Assembly (NCBI RefSeq): GCF_006345805.1
Contig: NC_043020.1
Coordinates: forward strand, 8,060,001 to 8,124,000
DNA from: Octopus sinensis
Lineage: Eukaryota
DNA: 64,000 nt
Direction of reading: 5' to 3'
In this document: positions 1 to 13,299 of the stretch, piece after piece
Layout: every line of letters starts with the position of its first letter
Numbering within the stretch: the first letter of the stretch is position 1
Translations under genes and position numbers: made by a program
Notes under the pieces: model-generated
What the model saw: the letters and a program-made list of their open reading frames with translations, nothing else
The model's database searches: none
What the model was told of the DNA's origin: nothing

Positions 1-164
1 TTTCATTTTACTATATATATTATTTATACTATATATTTATATTCTACATTAAATATAAAAGAATATAAATAAAACATAAAAAACAGACAGAGTTGGAATT
101 CCTTTGAATAATATATATCCCTCTATACACAATCATACAAGCCCCTTTATATATATATATATAT

Positions 165-329
165 CACTCACGGAGTGGTTGGCGTTAGGAAGGGCATCCA
201 GCCGTAGAAACATTACCAGATCAGACTGGGCCTGATGCAGCCTTCTGGCTTCACAGACCCCAGTTGAACCGTCCAACCCATGCTAGCATGGAAAGCGGAC
301 GCTAAATGATGATGATGATGATGATGATA
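165..329 (+). mobile_element. Family D retroposon 3' end with (GAT)n tail (RTE-like tail)
   Basis: GGCGTTAGGAAGGGCATCCAGC...CCAACCCATGCTAGCATGGAAAGCGGACGCTAAA-(TGA)n; recurs >10 times in the window on both strands. Confidence 0.75.
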
Positions 330-338
330 TTATATTAT

Positions 339-387
<49 letters not shown>

Positions 388-1170
388 CAGAACCTCCCAA
401 ACCTAGGCATGAATATCTAAGTGTAATTAGATTACCATGACGAAAAACCAATCAATACTGATGTCAGTGATCTCCACAGACTATGAATCCATAAACATCT
501 TCGTCTTTGGAAGAACGAAGGACAACTCATAACAATGAAACTAAAATATAAGAAATTCACAACCAAGCGTAACAAATGTTTTCCTGTATTCCCATCATCA
601 GTTTCCAAACAGGTGTGCGTGTATATGTGTATGTGTTTGTGTATAATGTCAGTGTATAGGAATAAAATTATCCAGACAGGTACCGTAGTAGCTTTCTGGT
701 ATATTCCAGGTTGTAGCTAATTGCATCAAGCAGTACAAATTATCAGTGATCACTAAGTCTTAGCAATCTCACTGTAATTATTCCAATAGGTAACTCCAAA
801 TTCACTTCCATAAATTATGAATATTATCAAGATATTATATAATCCAGATAATATTCATAACCAAATGAATATTGTCTTCACTTGACGTCTTAAACTAACC
901 ACATGTAAATAAATTGATTTAGTTCGCCTCGAATGACACTTCTGAAAGACCCTGAATTGAAGTGCACAGAAGATTATGATGGGTCGTATGTGCAACTGCA
1001 AATACGCTGTGCAGCTGAAACATATGCTGGTCATTGTTATCAAATAATTATGCTGTACAACCAACTGTAGAATTAAATGGAAGGAAATATTGATGATGTA
1101 CCTGTTTCCATATTTATTATAATAGTTTGAAATATATATATATATATTATATATATATATATACACACAT

Positions 1171-1206
<36 letters not shown>

Positions 1207-1222
1207 ATATATATATATATAT

Positions 1223-1253
<31 letters not shown>

Positions 1254-1264
1254 CTATATATACA

Positions 1265-1310
<46 letters not shown>

Positions 1311-1364
1311 TATATATATATTATATATATATATATATACACATATATATATATATATATATAC

Positions 1365-1408
<44 letters not shown>

Positions 1409-1469
1409 TGTATATATATATACACATATATGTATATATATATACACATATGTGTTATATATATATATA

Positions 1470-1633
1470 GGCACAGGAGGGCCATAGGTGTAGGAGTGGC
1501 TTACCAACCACATAGTTTTGGGTTGAGTCCCACTGCATGGCACCTTGGACAAGTGCCTTGGGCCAACCAAAGCCTTGTGAGTGGATTTGGTAGACAGTAA
1601 ATGTAAAATTTAATAACATCCCTATATATATAT

Positions 1634-1686
<53 letters not shown>

Positions 1687-1905
1687 TACACACACATGTT
1701 TGTGTGTCTGTGTTTGTCCCCCACCATCAACCAATGTTGGTGTGTTTATGTCTCCGTAACTTAGTGGTTCAGCAACAAGAGACCGATAGAATAAGTACTA
1801 GGCTTATAAAGAATAAGTCCTGGGGTCAATTTGTTCAACTAAAGGCAGTGCTTCAGTATGGCTGCAGTCAAATAACTGAAACAAATAAAAGAATAAAAGA
1901 AAAGA
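1470..1905 (+). mobile_element. Family B tRNA-derived SINE (CORE-like middle, internal TA/TG microsatellite)
   Basis: tRNA-like head, CORE-like GGCACCTTGGACAAGTG, 3' CAGTCAAATAACTGAAAC hairpin and (AATAAAAG)n tail; many copies in window. Confidence 0.8.
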
Positions 1906-2398
1906 ATATCGTTGCTATTTTGAAAAAGTGTCGTAAGTCCAACATGTTTCATTTTCAGAAAATAGAAAAATAGTTTCACCATTCCATAGCAAAACCATTG
2001 TACTACACTTTGACAATTTTTGTTATCTTGGCATCTGAAGTAGCTGAAGATATGATAGTTTGACCAAAAGAACTAGCTATTGCAAGCAAAAGTAAATATT
2101 GGGGCCAAATTTGGACATACAGCAGTTTAACATAATAGCAAAAATATATATATATATAATAAACTAATACAGGGTAGCAAAATTTTAGAAATTTCCCTAC
2201 TAGTGGCCTAGCATCCATAAAAAGTCAATAGACAACATGTTTTCCATATAAAATTAGTGTACATTTAAACACAAAAGAGGCAACCCATAACAAGCTTTTT
2301 TACATGCTAGAAGGAGCAGTCAAAACGTCCAAAACCACATTTAAGAGCAATTTCGAAGGGAATGAAAATGTACACTAATTTTATATATATATATATAT

Positions 2399-2560
2399 GT
2401 TCTTTATTACCCACAAGGGGCTAAACATAGAGGGGACAAACAAGGACAGACAAACGGGTTAAGTCGATTACATCGACCCCAGTGCGTAACTGGTACTTAA
2501 TTTATCGACCCCGAAAGGATGAAAGGCAAAGTCGACCTCGGCGGAATTTGAACTCAGAAC
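2399..2560 (-). mobile_element. Family A SINE (A1 tail), 5'-truncated
   Basis: Reverse complement of GAGTTCAAATTCCGCCGAGGTCGACTTTGCCTTTCATCC...GCCCCTTGTGGGTAATAAAGA. Confidence 0.8.
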
Positions 2561-3269
2561 TATATATATATATATATATATATATAACACTTTAAATGAT
2601 TGATAGGGAAGATGGAGTGTACTGTAAGGTTTATTTAGCATGACAATTGTTTTGGCTTACATCTGAACTGCTCCCTAGTGGGTGGGGAACAGTATAATGG
2701 AATTGAATACACCCCAAGAGCAGAAGAAACCTCATCTAGTTACATAATATGCTACAGTGTTATGCATATTTCACTACTGTGTGTGGCAGGGTAATGTTGA
2801 TATATATACTGGAATATGTTATAAAAGCAACACCAGTGTAATAAACATTATCAACAACATACACTCTAGGTATATACGTTGAGTATTTGCCAGTAGGCTG
2901 TGATTTGGCATGGTGGAGAATACTCTCTCAAAGTGCTAGGTGTTAGAACACCCGAAAGACATGGACAGATAAGATAACTCACTCCAGATCCCATTCAGGT
3001 ATATATATATATATATATACGTTGTGTATTTGCCAGTAGTACTGGGTGTTAGAACACCTGAAAGTCTTGGACAGGTGAGATATCTCACCCCAGTTTCCAT
3101 GCAGAAGCAATAGACATCGATATTTTATCATTTTTGTGGCTTATCAACATCGCATAACTAAATTGGTTCAGACATGAATCATAGGCCCAATCCATGACAT
3201 GCATATAATGTGAAAACTATGTGCTGGTATGCTCAGACAATGCTTATGTTAATATATATCATCATCAAA

Positions 3270-3510
3270 GTGGTGAGCTGGCAGAAATGTTAGCATGCCT
3301 GGTGAAATGCTTAGCGGTATTTCGTCTGCCGCTACATTCTGAGTTCAAATTCTGCCGAGGTCGACTTTGCCTTTCATCCTTTCGGGGTCGATTAAATAAG
3401 TACCAGTTACACACTGGGGTCAATATAATCGACTTCATCCGTTTGTCTGTCTTTGTTTGTCCTCTCTGTGTTTAGCCCCTTGTGGGTAGTAAAGAAATAG
3501 GTATTTTACG
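3270..3510 (+). mobile_element. Family A SINE (A1 tail), near full length
   Basis: GGTGAGCTGGCAGAAATGTTAG head (A-box-like), B-box-like GAGTTCAAATTC, A1 tail. Confidence 0.8.
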
Positions 3511-3984
3511 TGTCTTTATGTTCTTAAGTGGGGTAGGATGCAAATTCACATACACATATATAAGTGTGTGAATCTCTCCACCCCATATATGTATGTGTGT
3601 GTGTATCTATATATAAAATAACTAATATAAATGTTGGTCGATTGATTTCTTCAGTCATGCTTTACATCATATAGAAAGAAGTGGAGGAGAGAGAGAGAGA
3701 GAGAGATACAGAGCGAGTTAACATGAGAGGTGCAGGCTGAGTGTATCTCATCTGTTATGTTAACTTCCTGAAAAATACAGTTTCAAAATTTTTTTTTAAA
3801 TTTTATTTTTTAATGCAATTCTGCAGAGATAAGTTTTCAATGGAGTAGGTTGTAATTATGTTGATAAAAGTTAGAAAGATAATGGCACATTCATTGCAAA
3901 TACACAAATAAGAAATCTGTTTTATTTAATTTTCATTTTCAGGTCATAGATATTCTTATTCTTGAAATTTAGTGTTCGTTTATA

Positions 3985-4146
3985 GGTGCAGGAGTAGCTG
4001 TGTGGTAAGAAGCTTACTTACCAACCACATGGTTCAGGGTTCAGTCCCACTGCATGGCACCTTGGGCAAGTGACTTCTACTAAAGTCTTGAGTTGACCAA
4101 ATCTTTATGGGTGGATTTGGTAGATGGATACTGAAAGAAGCCTGTC

Positions 4147-4150
<4 letters not shown>
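3985..4150 (+). mobile_element. Family B SINE, 5' half
   Basis: Matches family B head through GAAAGAAGCCTGTCG, then runs into TA microsatellite. Confidence 0.75.
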
Positions 4151-4190
<40 letters not shown>

Positions 4191-4271
4191 ATATACACAC
4201 ACATATATATATATATGTATGTATATATACACACACACATATTATATATATATATACATGTATGTATATAC

Positions 4272-4308
<37 letters not shown>

Positions 4309-4648
4309 CTATATATGTGTGTGTGTATACATATATACATATATATTTATATATATGTATATTTGTATATATATATGCCTCCATCTTTTGACCTGCCCAG
4401 CCGGGTATGTCTTACCAAAATATTGGGCTCTACTGGCATAGTTCTCAGGGTTATTGATGCAAAATATCCACCAGAGTGCAGCAAGGACATGAACCTGTAG
4501 TGCAACACTCTAGTGTGTGTGTGTGTGGTGTGTGCATGTGCACATGAGTGCAAGTGCATCAGTGTCATCATTTACCATAATCATTTTTCCAGTCTATATT
4601 TTCGTGCCTGCATAGAACAGACGAGACTTCTTTGAGGCAGAATGCATA

Positions 4649-5143
4649 GGTGCAGGCGTGGCTGTTTGGTAAGAAGTTTGCTTGCCAACCACATGGTTTT
4701 TGGTTCTGTCCCCTCTTGTGGCACCTTGGGCGAGTGTCTTCTATAGCCCTGGGCCAACCAAAACCTTGTGAGTGGATTTAGTAGATGGAAACTAAAAGAA
4801 GCCTATTGTGTAAATATACATTCATGTGTGTGTGAATCTATGTGTGCATGTATATATGTGTGTGTGTGTGTGTGTATGTATGTATCTATGCATGTGTGTG
4901 TATCTATGCATGTGTGTGTGTGTATCTATGTGTGTCTTTCTGTTTATCCCCCACCACCACCACTTGGCAATAAGTGTTGGTTTGTTTATGGCCCATAACT
5001 TAGCAGTTCAACAAAAGAGACCAATAGAATACGTACCAAACTTTTTTTTTTTTAAATTCTGTAGGGGGCAATTCATTCAACTAAAACCCTTCAAAGTGGT
5101 GCCCCAGCATGGCCACAGTCCAATGACTGAAACAAATAAAAGA
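4649..5143 (+). mobile_element. Family B SINE, full length
   Basis: Head, CORE-like segment, internal microsatellite and 3' GCCCCAGCATGGCCACAGTCCAATGACTGAAAC tail. Confidence 0.8.
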
Positions 5144-5216
5144 TGCAAGATGTATTTGCATATATATATATATACGCACACACACACACCTCTTCTGCAT
5201 ATACACTGCTTTGCCT

Positions 5217-5249
<33 letters not shown>

Positions 5250-5714
5250 TTTCTCACTCTCTCTCTCTCTTTCTCTTTCTCTCTCACCCTCTCTCTCTCT
5301 CTGTCTCTCTCTCTCTCTCTTGCTATGTCTGTCTGTCTGTCTCTCTCTAACTATCGAGTGATATTGTGTTCTGTTTGCAATGTTACAATCAATACATCTT
5401 GACACTGACACTGTTAGGAAAATAGTATAGGATGGGGTAGGGTGTACGTGCGTGTGTGTGTGTGTGGGTGTCGGCCACTAGTTGCTGCTGTTGTTGCTGG
5501 TGTCGGTGCAGCAGCAGCAGCAGTTTTCATATATTCTGTGCTTTCTTTCCTCCCAATCACCGCAATAAATGATGCGTAGTAATGCATGCACGATGGAGGA
5601 GGAGGAGGAGTGGCACGAAGAGAGCCGAGTCGGGTGGTTTGGGCTGCAGTGTATTATTAGTTATGTATGTAGGGTAGATAGGGGGTGGGCAGGGAGGTAG
5701 TATAAGTGGTGCAG

Positions 5715-6340
5715 ATATTGGTGGTGGTGGTGGTGGTGGTGGTGGTGGTAGTGGTGGTGGTGGTGGTGGTGGTGGTGGTAGTGGTGGTGGTGTTGGTGCT
5801 AGTGCTGGTATGTTGATTGGTAGTGGTGGTGGTTATGTTGATTGTTGCCGTGGTGATGTTGATTGTTGTTGTTATGGTGGTGGTAGTGGTAGCGGTTCTA
5901 GTAATGCTGTTATGTTGATTGTTGTTGTTATGGTGGTGGTAGTGGTAGCGGTTCTAGTAATGCTGTTATGTTGATTGTTGTTGTTATGGTAGTGGTAGTG
6001 TTTCTAGTAATGCTGTTATGTTGATTGTTGTTGTTATGGTAGTGGTAGTGTTTCTAGTAATGCTGTTATGTTGATTGTTGTTGTGGTGTCTGCGATTGTG
6101 GTAGTGGTGATTATGTTGTTTGCTGTGGTAGTGGTGATGGTCATGATGGTGGTGGTGGTGGTAGTGGTTATGTTGATTGTTGTGGTAGTGATAGCATTGA
6201 TTGTTGTTGTTGTGATGGTGGTGGTGGTACCAATGGTTGTAGTGGTATGGTAGTGGAAGAGTGTCAGTGGTTAGGTGATGGTGATAGCGATGGTGGTAGT
6301 TGTGCTTATGATATTAATGATGATGATGATGATGATGATG
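5715..6340. repeat. (GGT)n-derived microsatellite with higher-order ~42-54 bp units
   Basis: TTCTAGTAATGCTGTTATGTTGATTGTTGTTG repeated 4 times in ~5895-6085 inside GGT/GTT/GAT runs. Confidence 0.9.
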
Positions 6341-7199
6341 GTGTAAGATCGGTTGAATAGCATGCCTGTTGCAACAGTAGCAAGAACATCTTCATAAGAA
6401 GCAGTAGCTGTAGTAGCAGTAATGGTAGTGTGGTGGTGATGGTGGTGGTGGTGGTGGTGGAAGAAGAATGAGGAATGACGCGATGACAACAGGAACAGCT
6501 GAATGTCTTTTCCGCAAAACATCAAAGCCAGTCACGGATGAATGACTACAAGTTTCCGAGGTCAGCAAGCTAGTTGCAGCTGTTGCCGTTGTTTATGAAA
6601 TTTGACTGCTATGTCTAGCAAGTCGAGCAACCACATAATAGCTCTCATGTCTTGTGTTTTGATGCTGTTCTTGTTAACTCCTTGTCAGTCCAATTTACGA
6701 TCTATGATGAAAGGCATTCCAGGTGGGACCATCCCATATATTTTTTTCAAGCTTATCATCTGAGTGTGATCAGAGGGAAATTTGGTTCTTATTTCTAGCA
6801 TCGTGGTTGACCATGTAGAGCTCATGTACTTCTGCTGTTGTATGCCTCGGTATTCCAAGATCGCTGTTTTGTAACCGAACAGCCTTACAGATGATGTCAC
6901 CGTTGTTATTGATATTGTTGTTTGTGGTGGTGAGGGTGATTATAATAATAAATCATCATAACAATAATTTATTCTTTTATTAGCCACAAGGGCTCGCATA
7001 AAATAACATTAAAAGACATGTAACAACATAAAAGACAAAAATAGGACGATACAATGGGTTTTACAGCATGTAAACAGTATAAATAACAATTAAAATTGAA
7101 CAAATTAAAACTCTCAATAGGGGGGGGGCGCTTTAAGGTCCTTATGGAATTACAAATGCACAATCAAAATTGGTCTTTTCACACTGGCCATTCTTAATG

Positions 7200-7240
<41 letters not shown>

Positions 7241-7360
7241 TACAGTTATAATTTCTTTTATTGACACAAAAAGTTGGGCTTACATTGATCAAAAAGGAAA
7301 TCAACAACAATAAAAATATACTGCTGCTGCTGCTAATAATAATAATAATAATAATAATAA

Positions 7361-7909
7361 TGCCCTGATGCAGTACCAGGCAATGGCTCTCATGGCTTTG
7401 ATCTTAACTGATTGGAAGTGTTATCATGTACATTGTTTTGTCTTGGTATAAAAGATGGGCTACAGCAAATATTCTGCTCAATACCACAGATTTGTTTGTC
7501 AGTTGTTTGACCTTAACCAGTTGAGCATGTCCCTTAGTGGCTGACGATATGTGCATCTCTGATCACGAGCAGAAGTATGGGGAGCATCATAGCCATGTGT
7601 TGAGAAGGATTCTTTGGGGTTTGAATAATTCACCTCTGAAACATGGATGTTTCGTTCAACGTCCTTAAACACCCTTATTCAGGGACCTTTTGAGCGGGAT
7701 GGGTTACTCGATCTGAAGAAAATTCTAACTGGGCTCCACCTGCAAGGTCATGTGCTGTTTATCTTGATATGAGATCACCATGTCGCGCACATATGGTTGT
7801 GATGCATGTGCCTGTGTACCCTTATCAGACGGGTAGTCATGATGAGTATACTGGGCTTCGTATATTTTACCCCAGTGTCACTTTGATGGCATGCTCTGTC
7901 GCTCACCTC

Positions 7910-7910
<1 letters not shown>
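7361..7910. repeat. Unclassified ~550 bp putative interspersed repeat bounded by (AAT)n tracts
   Basis: Complex sequence with sharp borders to (AAT)n on both sides; single copy here, so repeat status is inferred only. Confidence 0.3.
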
Positions 7911-7953
<43 letters not shown>

Positions 7954-7965
7954 TGATGTTAGTTA

Positions 7966-8290
7966 GTTAGTTAGTTAATTTGGCTCAAAAGCAAATAGCA
8001 AGGCCATGTAGGGGGACATGGAGTTAAGTACAGGGTGGTGTTCATGTAAAGAGTTCAGGCCACTTGAGGTCGAGGGAGGCTTTGAACAAAGCGGTCGTCG
8101 GCATCTTCACCATCTCGTCTAGCAGCTTGTTCCACGGATCTGCAACCCGGACGGAGAAAGCTCCTCTCCTTCGATTGAGATGAAATCGTCGCAGGTAGAG
8201 CTTTTCGGAATGACCCCGCAGCCGACGCTCTGGAGCAGGAGTGAAGAACAGCTCTTTCGAGAGGTTACACTTTCCGCTTATGATGTTGTG
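7966..8290 (-). mobile_element. CR1-type LINE 3' end (ORF2 C-terminus, 3'UTR, (TAAC)n tail)
   Basis: Minus strand reads ...RLRGHSEKLYLRRFHLNRRRGAFSVRVADPWNKLLDEMVKMPTTALFKASLDLKWPELFT*, the RGH-KL / F-RV-WN-L / FK-LD pattern of CR1 ORF2 C-termini. Confidence 0.8.
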
Positions 8291-8339
8291 GGCGAGAATG
8301 ATGATGATAATAAAAGCAACAATAATATTCGCTCCTCTG

Positions 8340-8540
8340 GCACCTGTGCCGGTGGCACGTGAAAAGCACCCACTACACTCTCAGAGCGGTTGGCGTCAGG
8401 AAGGGCATCCAGCTGTAGAAACACTGCCAGATCAGATTGGGGCCTGGTGCAGCCTCCTGGCTTCCCAGACCCCAGTCGAACCGTCCAACCCATGCCAGCA
8501 TGGAAAACGGATGTTAAATGATGATGATAATGATGATGAT
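8340..8540 (+). mobile_element. Family D retroposon 3' end
   Basis: GTGCCGGTGGCACGTGAAAAGCACCC...GGAAAACGGATGTTAAA-(TGA)n. Confidence 0.75.
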
Positions 8541-9054
8541 CCTCTCAAGGCCAACTTTTCTTTTCATCCTTTTGGCAAATTTTTTCAGGTTCAACACATA
8601 AATACACACACACACACACACACACAATCACACGTAAGAACCTACATACATATATAAGCTTATGCAAATGCACACAAACAAATAGACATACTTATACAGA
8701 CACCTACAAACACAAACAAACATACACCCCGCCACTTACACAGATACACACGCACATAAATCAGTGAGGTCAACTTACCTTATTGACTTACCCCTCCTCT
8801 AAAATTGCTGGCCTTGTGCCAGGATTAGAAAGAATTATTCGTACAAGGACTCCATCCTCTGCGTGTTCGCATATTTTTGTCTGCGCTGTATACTCTCTTT
8901 TTTAATCTCGCCTCCTCCATCTCTCCTTTTCTTCTCCTCATCTTTTTACATAACCGCCCCCAAGCAAATAATAAACCATTTTGTTAAGTCCCACCACCAC
9001 CACCACCACCACCCAACCAATGCCTCCTGTTGTTGTTGTTGTTATTAGCTGTAA

Positions 9055-9695
9055 TAAGGCAGCGAGCTGGCAGAATCGTTAGCATGCTAAACGAAATGCT
9101 GAGTGGTATTTCATCCGTCGCTACATTCTGAGTTCAAATTCCGCTGAGGTCGACTTTGCCTTTCATCCTTTCAGGGTTGATAACTTAAATACCTATTTCT
9201 TTATTACCCACAAGGGGCTAAACACAGAGGGGACAAACTAGGACAGACATAGGTATTAAATCGATTACATCGACCCCAGTGCTTAACTGGTACTTAATTT
9301 ATCGACCCCGAAAGGATGAAAGGCAAAGTCGACCTCGGCGGAATTTGAACTCACAACGTAACGACAGACGAAATACGGCTACACATTTCGCCCGGCGTGC
9401 TAACGTTTCTGCTAAATACCAGTTACACACTGGGGTCGATGTAATTGACTCATCCCCTCCCCCAAAATTGCTGCCCTTGTGGCGAAATTTGAAACTGTTA
9501 TCATTAGCGACAATTTGTGGCATTTCATCCATCTTTATGTTCTGAGTTCAAATTCTGCCACGGTCAACTTTAACATTCATCATTTTGGGGTCAATAAAAT
9601 AAATACCAGTGAAATACTGGGGTCGATGTAATCAACTTCACCCCTTCCCCTGAAATTGCTGGCCTTGTGTCAGAATTTGAAACCATTATTATTAG
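9055..9695. mobile_element. Nested/tandem family A SINEs: A1 (-) at ~9190-9412 inserted in an A2 (+) copy, followed by another A2 copy
   Basis: TAAATACC duplicated at ~9187 and ~9414 around the minus copy; + head resumes with the A2 tail (CCCCAAAATTGCTG..CCTTGTG..AATTTGAAAC-ATTAT). Confidence 0.7.
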
Positions 9696-9719
9696 CAACA
9701 TTTTTTAATTATTATTGTC

Positions 9720-9905
9720 AGTGCCGCCTGACTGGCTCTTGTGCCAGTGGTACATAAAAAGCACCCACTACATTCTCAGAGTGGTTGGCATTTAGAAGGG
9801 CATCCAGCTGTAGAAACCTTGCCAAATCAGACTGGAACGTGGTACAGCCGCCTGACTTGCCAGTTCTCAGTCAAACTGTCCAACCCATACCAGCAGGGAA
9901 AACTT
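9720..9905 (+). mobile_element. Family D copy lacking its tail
   Basis: GTGCCAGTGGTACATAAAAAGCACCC...CCAACCCATACCAGCAGGGAAAA. Confidence 0.65.
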
Positions 9906-9914
9906 TGGCATCGA

Positions 9915-10308
9915 GAGTTACGCAAATGCCAGAACTGGGCGCCACTGCGTGGTGCCTAGGACTCCAAATTTGCCATCAAGATGTAGGACAAGATACTGTG
10001 ATAGCCTGGGCTTCCGAGGCCCACAGCTCTTCAATATCCTCCCGAAGAATCTAAGAGACCTGCATGGGGAGGATGCAGATGTCTTTAAAGCGAAACTGGA
10101 TCTCTTCTTGTCAGGTATCCCAGATGAACCAACTTCACGGCAGGAGGTGCAGATGAGGGCAGCTGCATCGAACTCTCTCATGCACCAAATGGCAGTTGCT
10201 AAAAAGCATTCGTGAAGAAAAACCATGTAGCAACACCAAATGGCGGTGCCCCAGCATGGCCGCAGCTCGTGAGCTGAAACTAGAATCAATCAATCAATCT
10301 ATCAATCA

Positions 10309-10310
<2 letters not shown>
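9915..10310 (+). mobile_element. CR1/jockey-group LINE 3' end with (AATC)n tail
   Basis: ORF 9949-10215 ...GPQLFNILPKNLRDLHGEDADVFKAKLDLFLSGIPDEP...RAAASNSL, typical non-LTR ORF2 C-terminus; 3'UTR ends GGCGGTGCCCCAGCATGGCCGCAGCTCGTGAGCTGAAAC. Confidence 0.75.
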
Positions 10311-10348
<38 letters not shown>

Positions 10349-10954
10349 TACGACGGGCTTCTTTTAGTTTCCGTCTACAAAATCCACTCACAAGGCTTTG
10401 GTCGGCCTGAGGCTATAGTAGAAGACACTTGCCCAAGGTGCCATGCAGTGGGACTGAACCTGGAACCATGTAGAAAGGATTATTATTATTATTATTATTA
10501 TTATATTATTATTATTATTATTGTTATTACTATTATAATCATTATTATTAGTGTTGTTATGTAATTGACAATGATGTTGCTGGATTGTAAAGTGGCAATG
10601 AGGATAATTTATGAGAAGCAAGGAGTAGGTGAGGGTGGTGACTGCTGAGGAATAACTCTCTTTGTGGTGGTGGTGGTGCTGGTGGTAGTGGAGATAATGA
10701 CGAGGTGCTGATTATACACCGGAGATTATGATAATTTATGAGAAGCGGGGAGAGGGAAGAGGTGGGTGGGAAGATTTATGAGGATTACTGATGATGGTGA
10801 TGCCGATGACGATAATTGTTGTTAATATTGCTGCTGACAATATTCAATCATCCAACGTCGATCAAGCAGAGCTAAAAGACGACTAACGAGAGTGGCCAAT
10901 CGAAAATGTTTAACAGACGCACACGCACCACACACACACACACGCACACAGACA

Positions 10955-12310
10955 TAGACACACAAGCACACACATATAGGCATCTACATACACTTACACA
11001 AACTCACACACACAAACATATATATAGACACAAACACTCATCCAGATGCACACACACACACATACGTGCACAGACACAGACACACAAACACACACGTGCA
11101 CACACACAGACATAGACGCACAAGCACACTCAAACAGCTACACACATGCATATACACAGACATACATTCACGTATACATATATACTCATGCGCAAAGAAC
11201 AGACACACACACACACACACGCATGTATGCATACACACGGAATACACAGATGTGCACACACACGCACACACACACGTGCACGCATGCAGACACACAAACA
11301 CACAAACACACTCAAACAGCTACACACATGCATATACACAGACATACACTCACGTATGCGTATATACTCATGCACAAAGAACACATACACACACACACAC
11401 ACAGACACACAAACACACACGTGCACACACACGTGCGCACAGACAGACACACAAACACACACGTGCACACACACAGACTACACTCACGTATGCGTATATA
11501 CTCATGCACAAAGAACACACACACACAGACACACACACGTGCACACACACAGACACACACACGTGCACACACACAGACACACAAACACACACGTGCATGC
11601 ACACAGACAGACACACAAACACACTCAAACAGCTACACACATGCATATACACAAACATACACTCACGTATGCGTATATACTCATGCACAAAGAACACACA
11701 CACACACACACACACATGTATGCATACACACAGAACACACAAATGTGCACACACACACGCACGCACACACACATATACACACACACATGCATGTATGCAT
11801 ACACACAGAATACACAGATGTGCACACACACACACACGTGCACGCATGCAGACATACACTCATACGTATACATATATACTCATGCACAAAACACACACAC
11901 ACACACACATGTATGCATACACACGGAATACCAGATGTGCACACACACACGCACGCACACACACACATACACACACACATGCATGTATGCATACACACAG
12001 AATACACAGATGTGCACACACACACACACACACACACGTGCACGCATGCAGACATACACTCATACGTATACATATATACTCATGCACAAAACACACACAC
12101 ACACATGTATGCATACACACGGAATACACAGATGTGCACGCACACACACACAAACACACACATATAGGCATCTACATACACTTACACAAACTCACACACA
12201 CAAACATACATATAGACACAAACACTCATCCAGATGCACACACACACACACAAACACAGATACCCACAGCCACTCACAGACATGCATCCACACATATACA
12301 CACACAGATG
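10955..12310. repeat. CA-rich compound minisatellite bracketed by an ~85 bp direct repeat
   Basis: ACACATATAGGCATCTACATACACTTACACAAACTC...CATCCAGATGCACAC at ~10970 and ~12160; internal reiterated units such as CACTCACGTATGCGTATATACTCATGCACAAAGAAC. Confidence 0.9.
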
Positions 12311-12607
12311 CAAAGGATGAGGGGGGGGTTTGACCTACTTACCACATGCCCCTCCTCCTCCTCCTCCTCCTCCTACTTCTCCAACCTGCTTCCTCTCTTA
12401 TTTATTATATCGATTCTGAAACGATAGAGAAAGGCCAGGTTGACCTTGTCTCTATTTGAACTCTAGCCTCTTCGCTCGGAACGTTTAACCACTGCAAGGA
12501 TGCCCTCACCGGACCAGTGCAGGGATTGCCGAGCAACAGAGAAAGGGTGTGGCATGTTGCGGGGTCTAGAAGTAATGTGTGTGTGTGTGGTTGCATTTTT
12601 GAAAGAT

Positions 12608-13031
12608 ACTCTCTCTTTCTCTCTTTCACTTGTTTCAGTCATTTGACTGCGGCCATGCTGGAGCACCGCCTTTAGTCGAGCAAATCGACCCTGGGACTTA
12701 TTCTTTGTAAGCCCAGTACTTATTCTATCGGTCTCTTTTTGCCGAACCGCTAAGTGACGGGGACGTAAACACACCAGCATCGGTTGTCAAGCAATGCTAA
12801 GGGGACAAAGACAGACACACAAACACATACACACACAGGCATATATATATATATACATACATATATACGACAGGCTTCTTTCAGTTTCCGTCTACCAAAT
12901 CCACTCACAAGGAATTGGTCGGCCCGGGGCTATAGCAGAAGACACTTGCCTAAGGTGCCATGCAGTGGGACTGAACCCGGAACCATGTGGTTGGTTAGCA
13001 AGCTACTTACCACACAGCCACTCCTGTGCCT
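12608..13031 (-). mobile_element. Family B SINE, full length
   Basis: Reverse complement of family B consensus. Confidence 0.85.
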
Positions 13032-13299
13032 GGTCCTTTTTAAGTTTACAATTCCAGACAAACAAGCTAATCAATAGTTCCAATGGCTAAAACAAGTGAA
13101 AGCTAACAGATGTATATATATATATATATATATATATACATACATACACACAGTGGGATGGCTTTCAGTTTCCATCTACTAAATTCTACTCACGTAGAAG
13201 AAACTTGTCCAAAGTACTACACTGAGGGACTGAACTACACAATCATGTCAGCACCTGTAAGTGTATGTGTAATTGTGTGTGTGCTCATATGCATAAAAG

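Noticed and set aside
420-1110. Candidate exons on either strand near the window start
   Set aside because: Splice-like signals exist, but phases are inconsistent or frames contain stops, and no recognisable protein emerges
11046-12427. Long His/Thr/Cys/Val-rich ORFs (373-453 aa)
   Set aside because: Translations of CA/TG minisatellite, open in multiple frames on both strands
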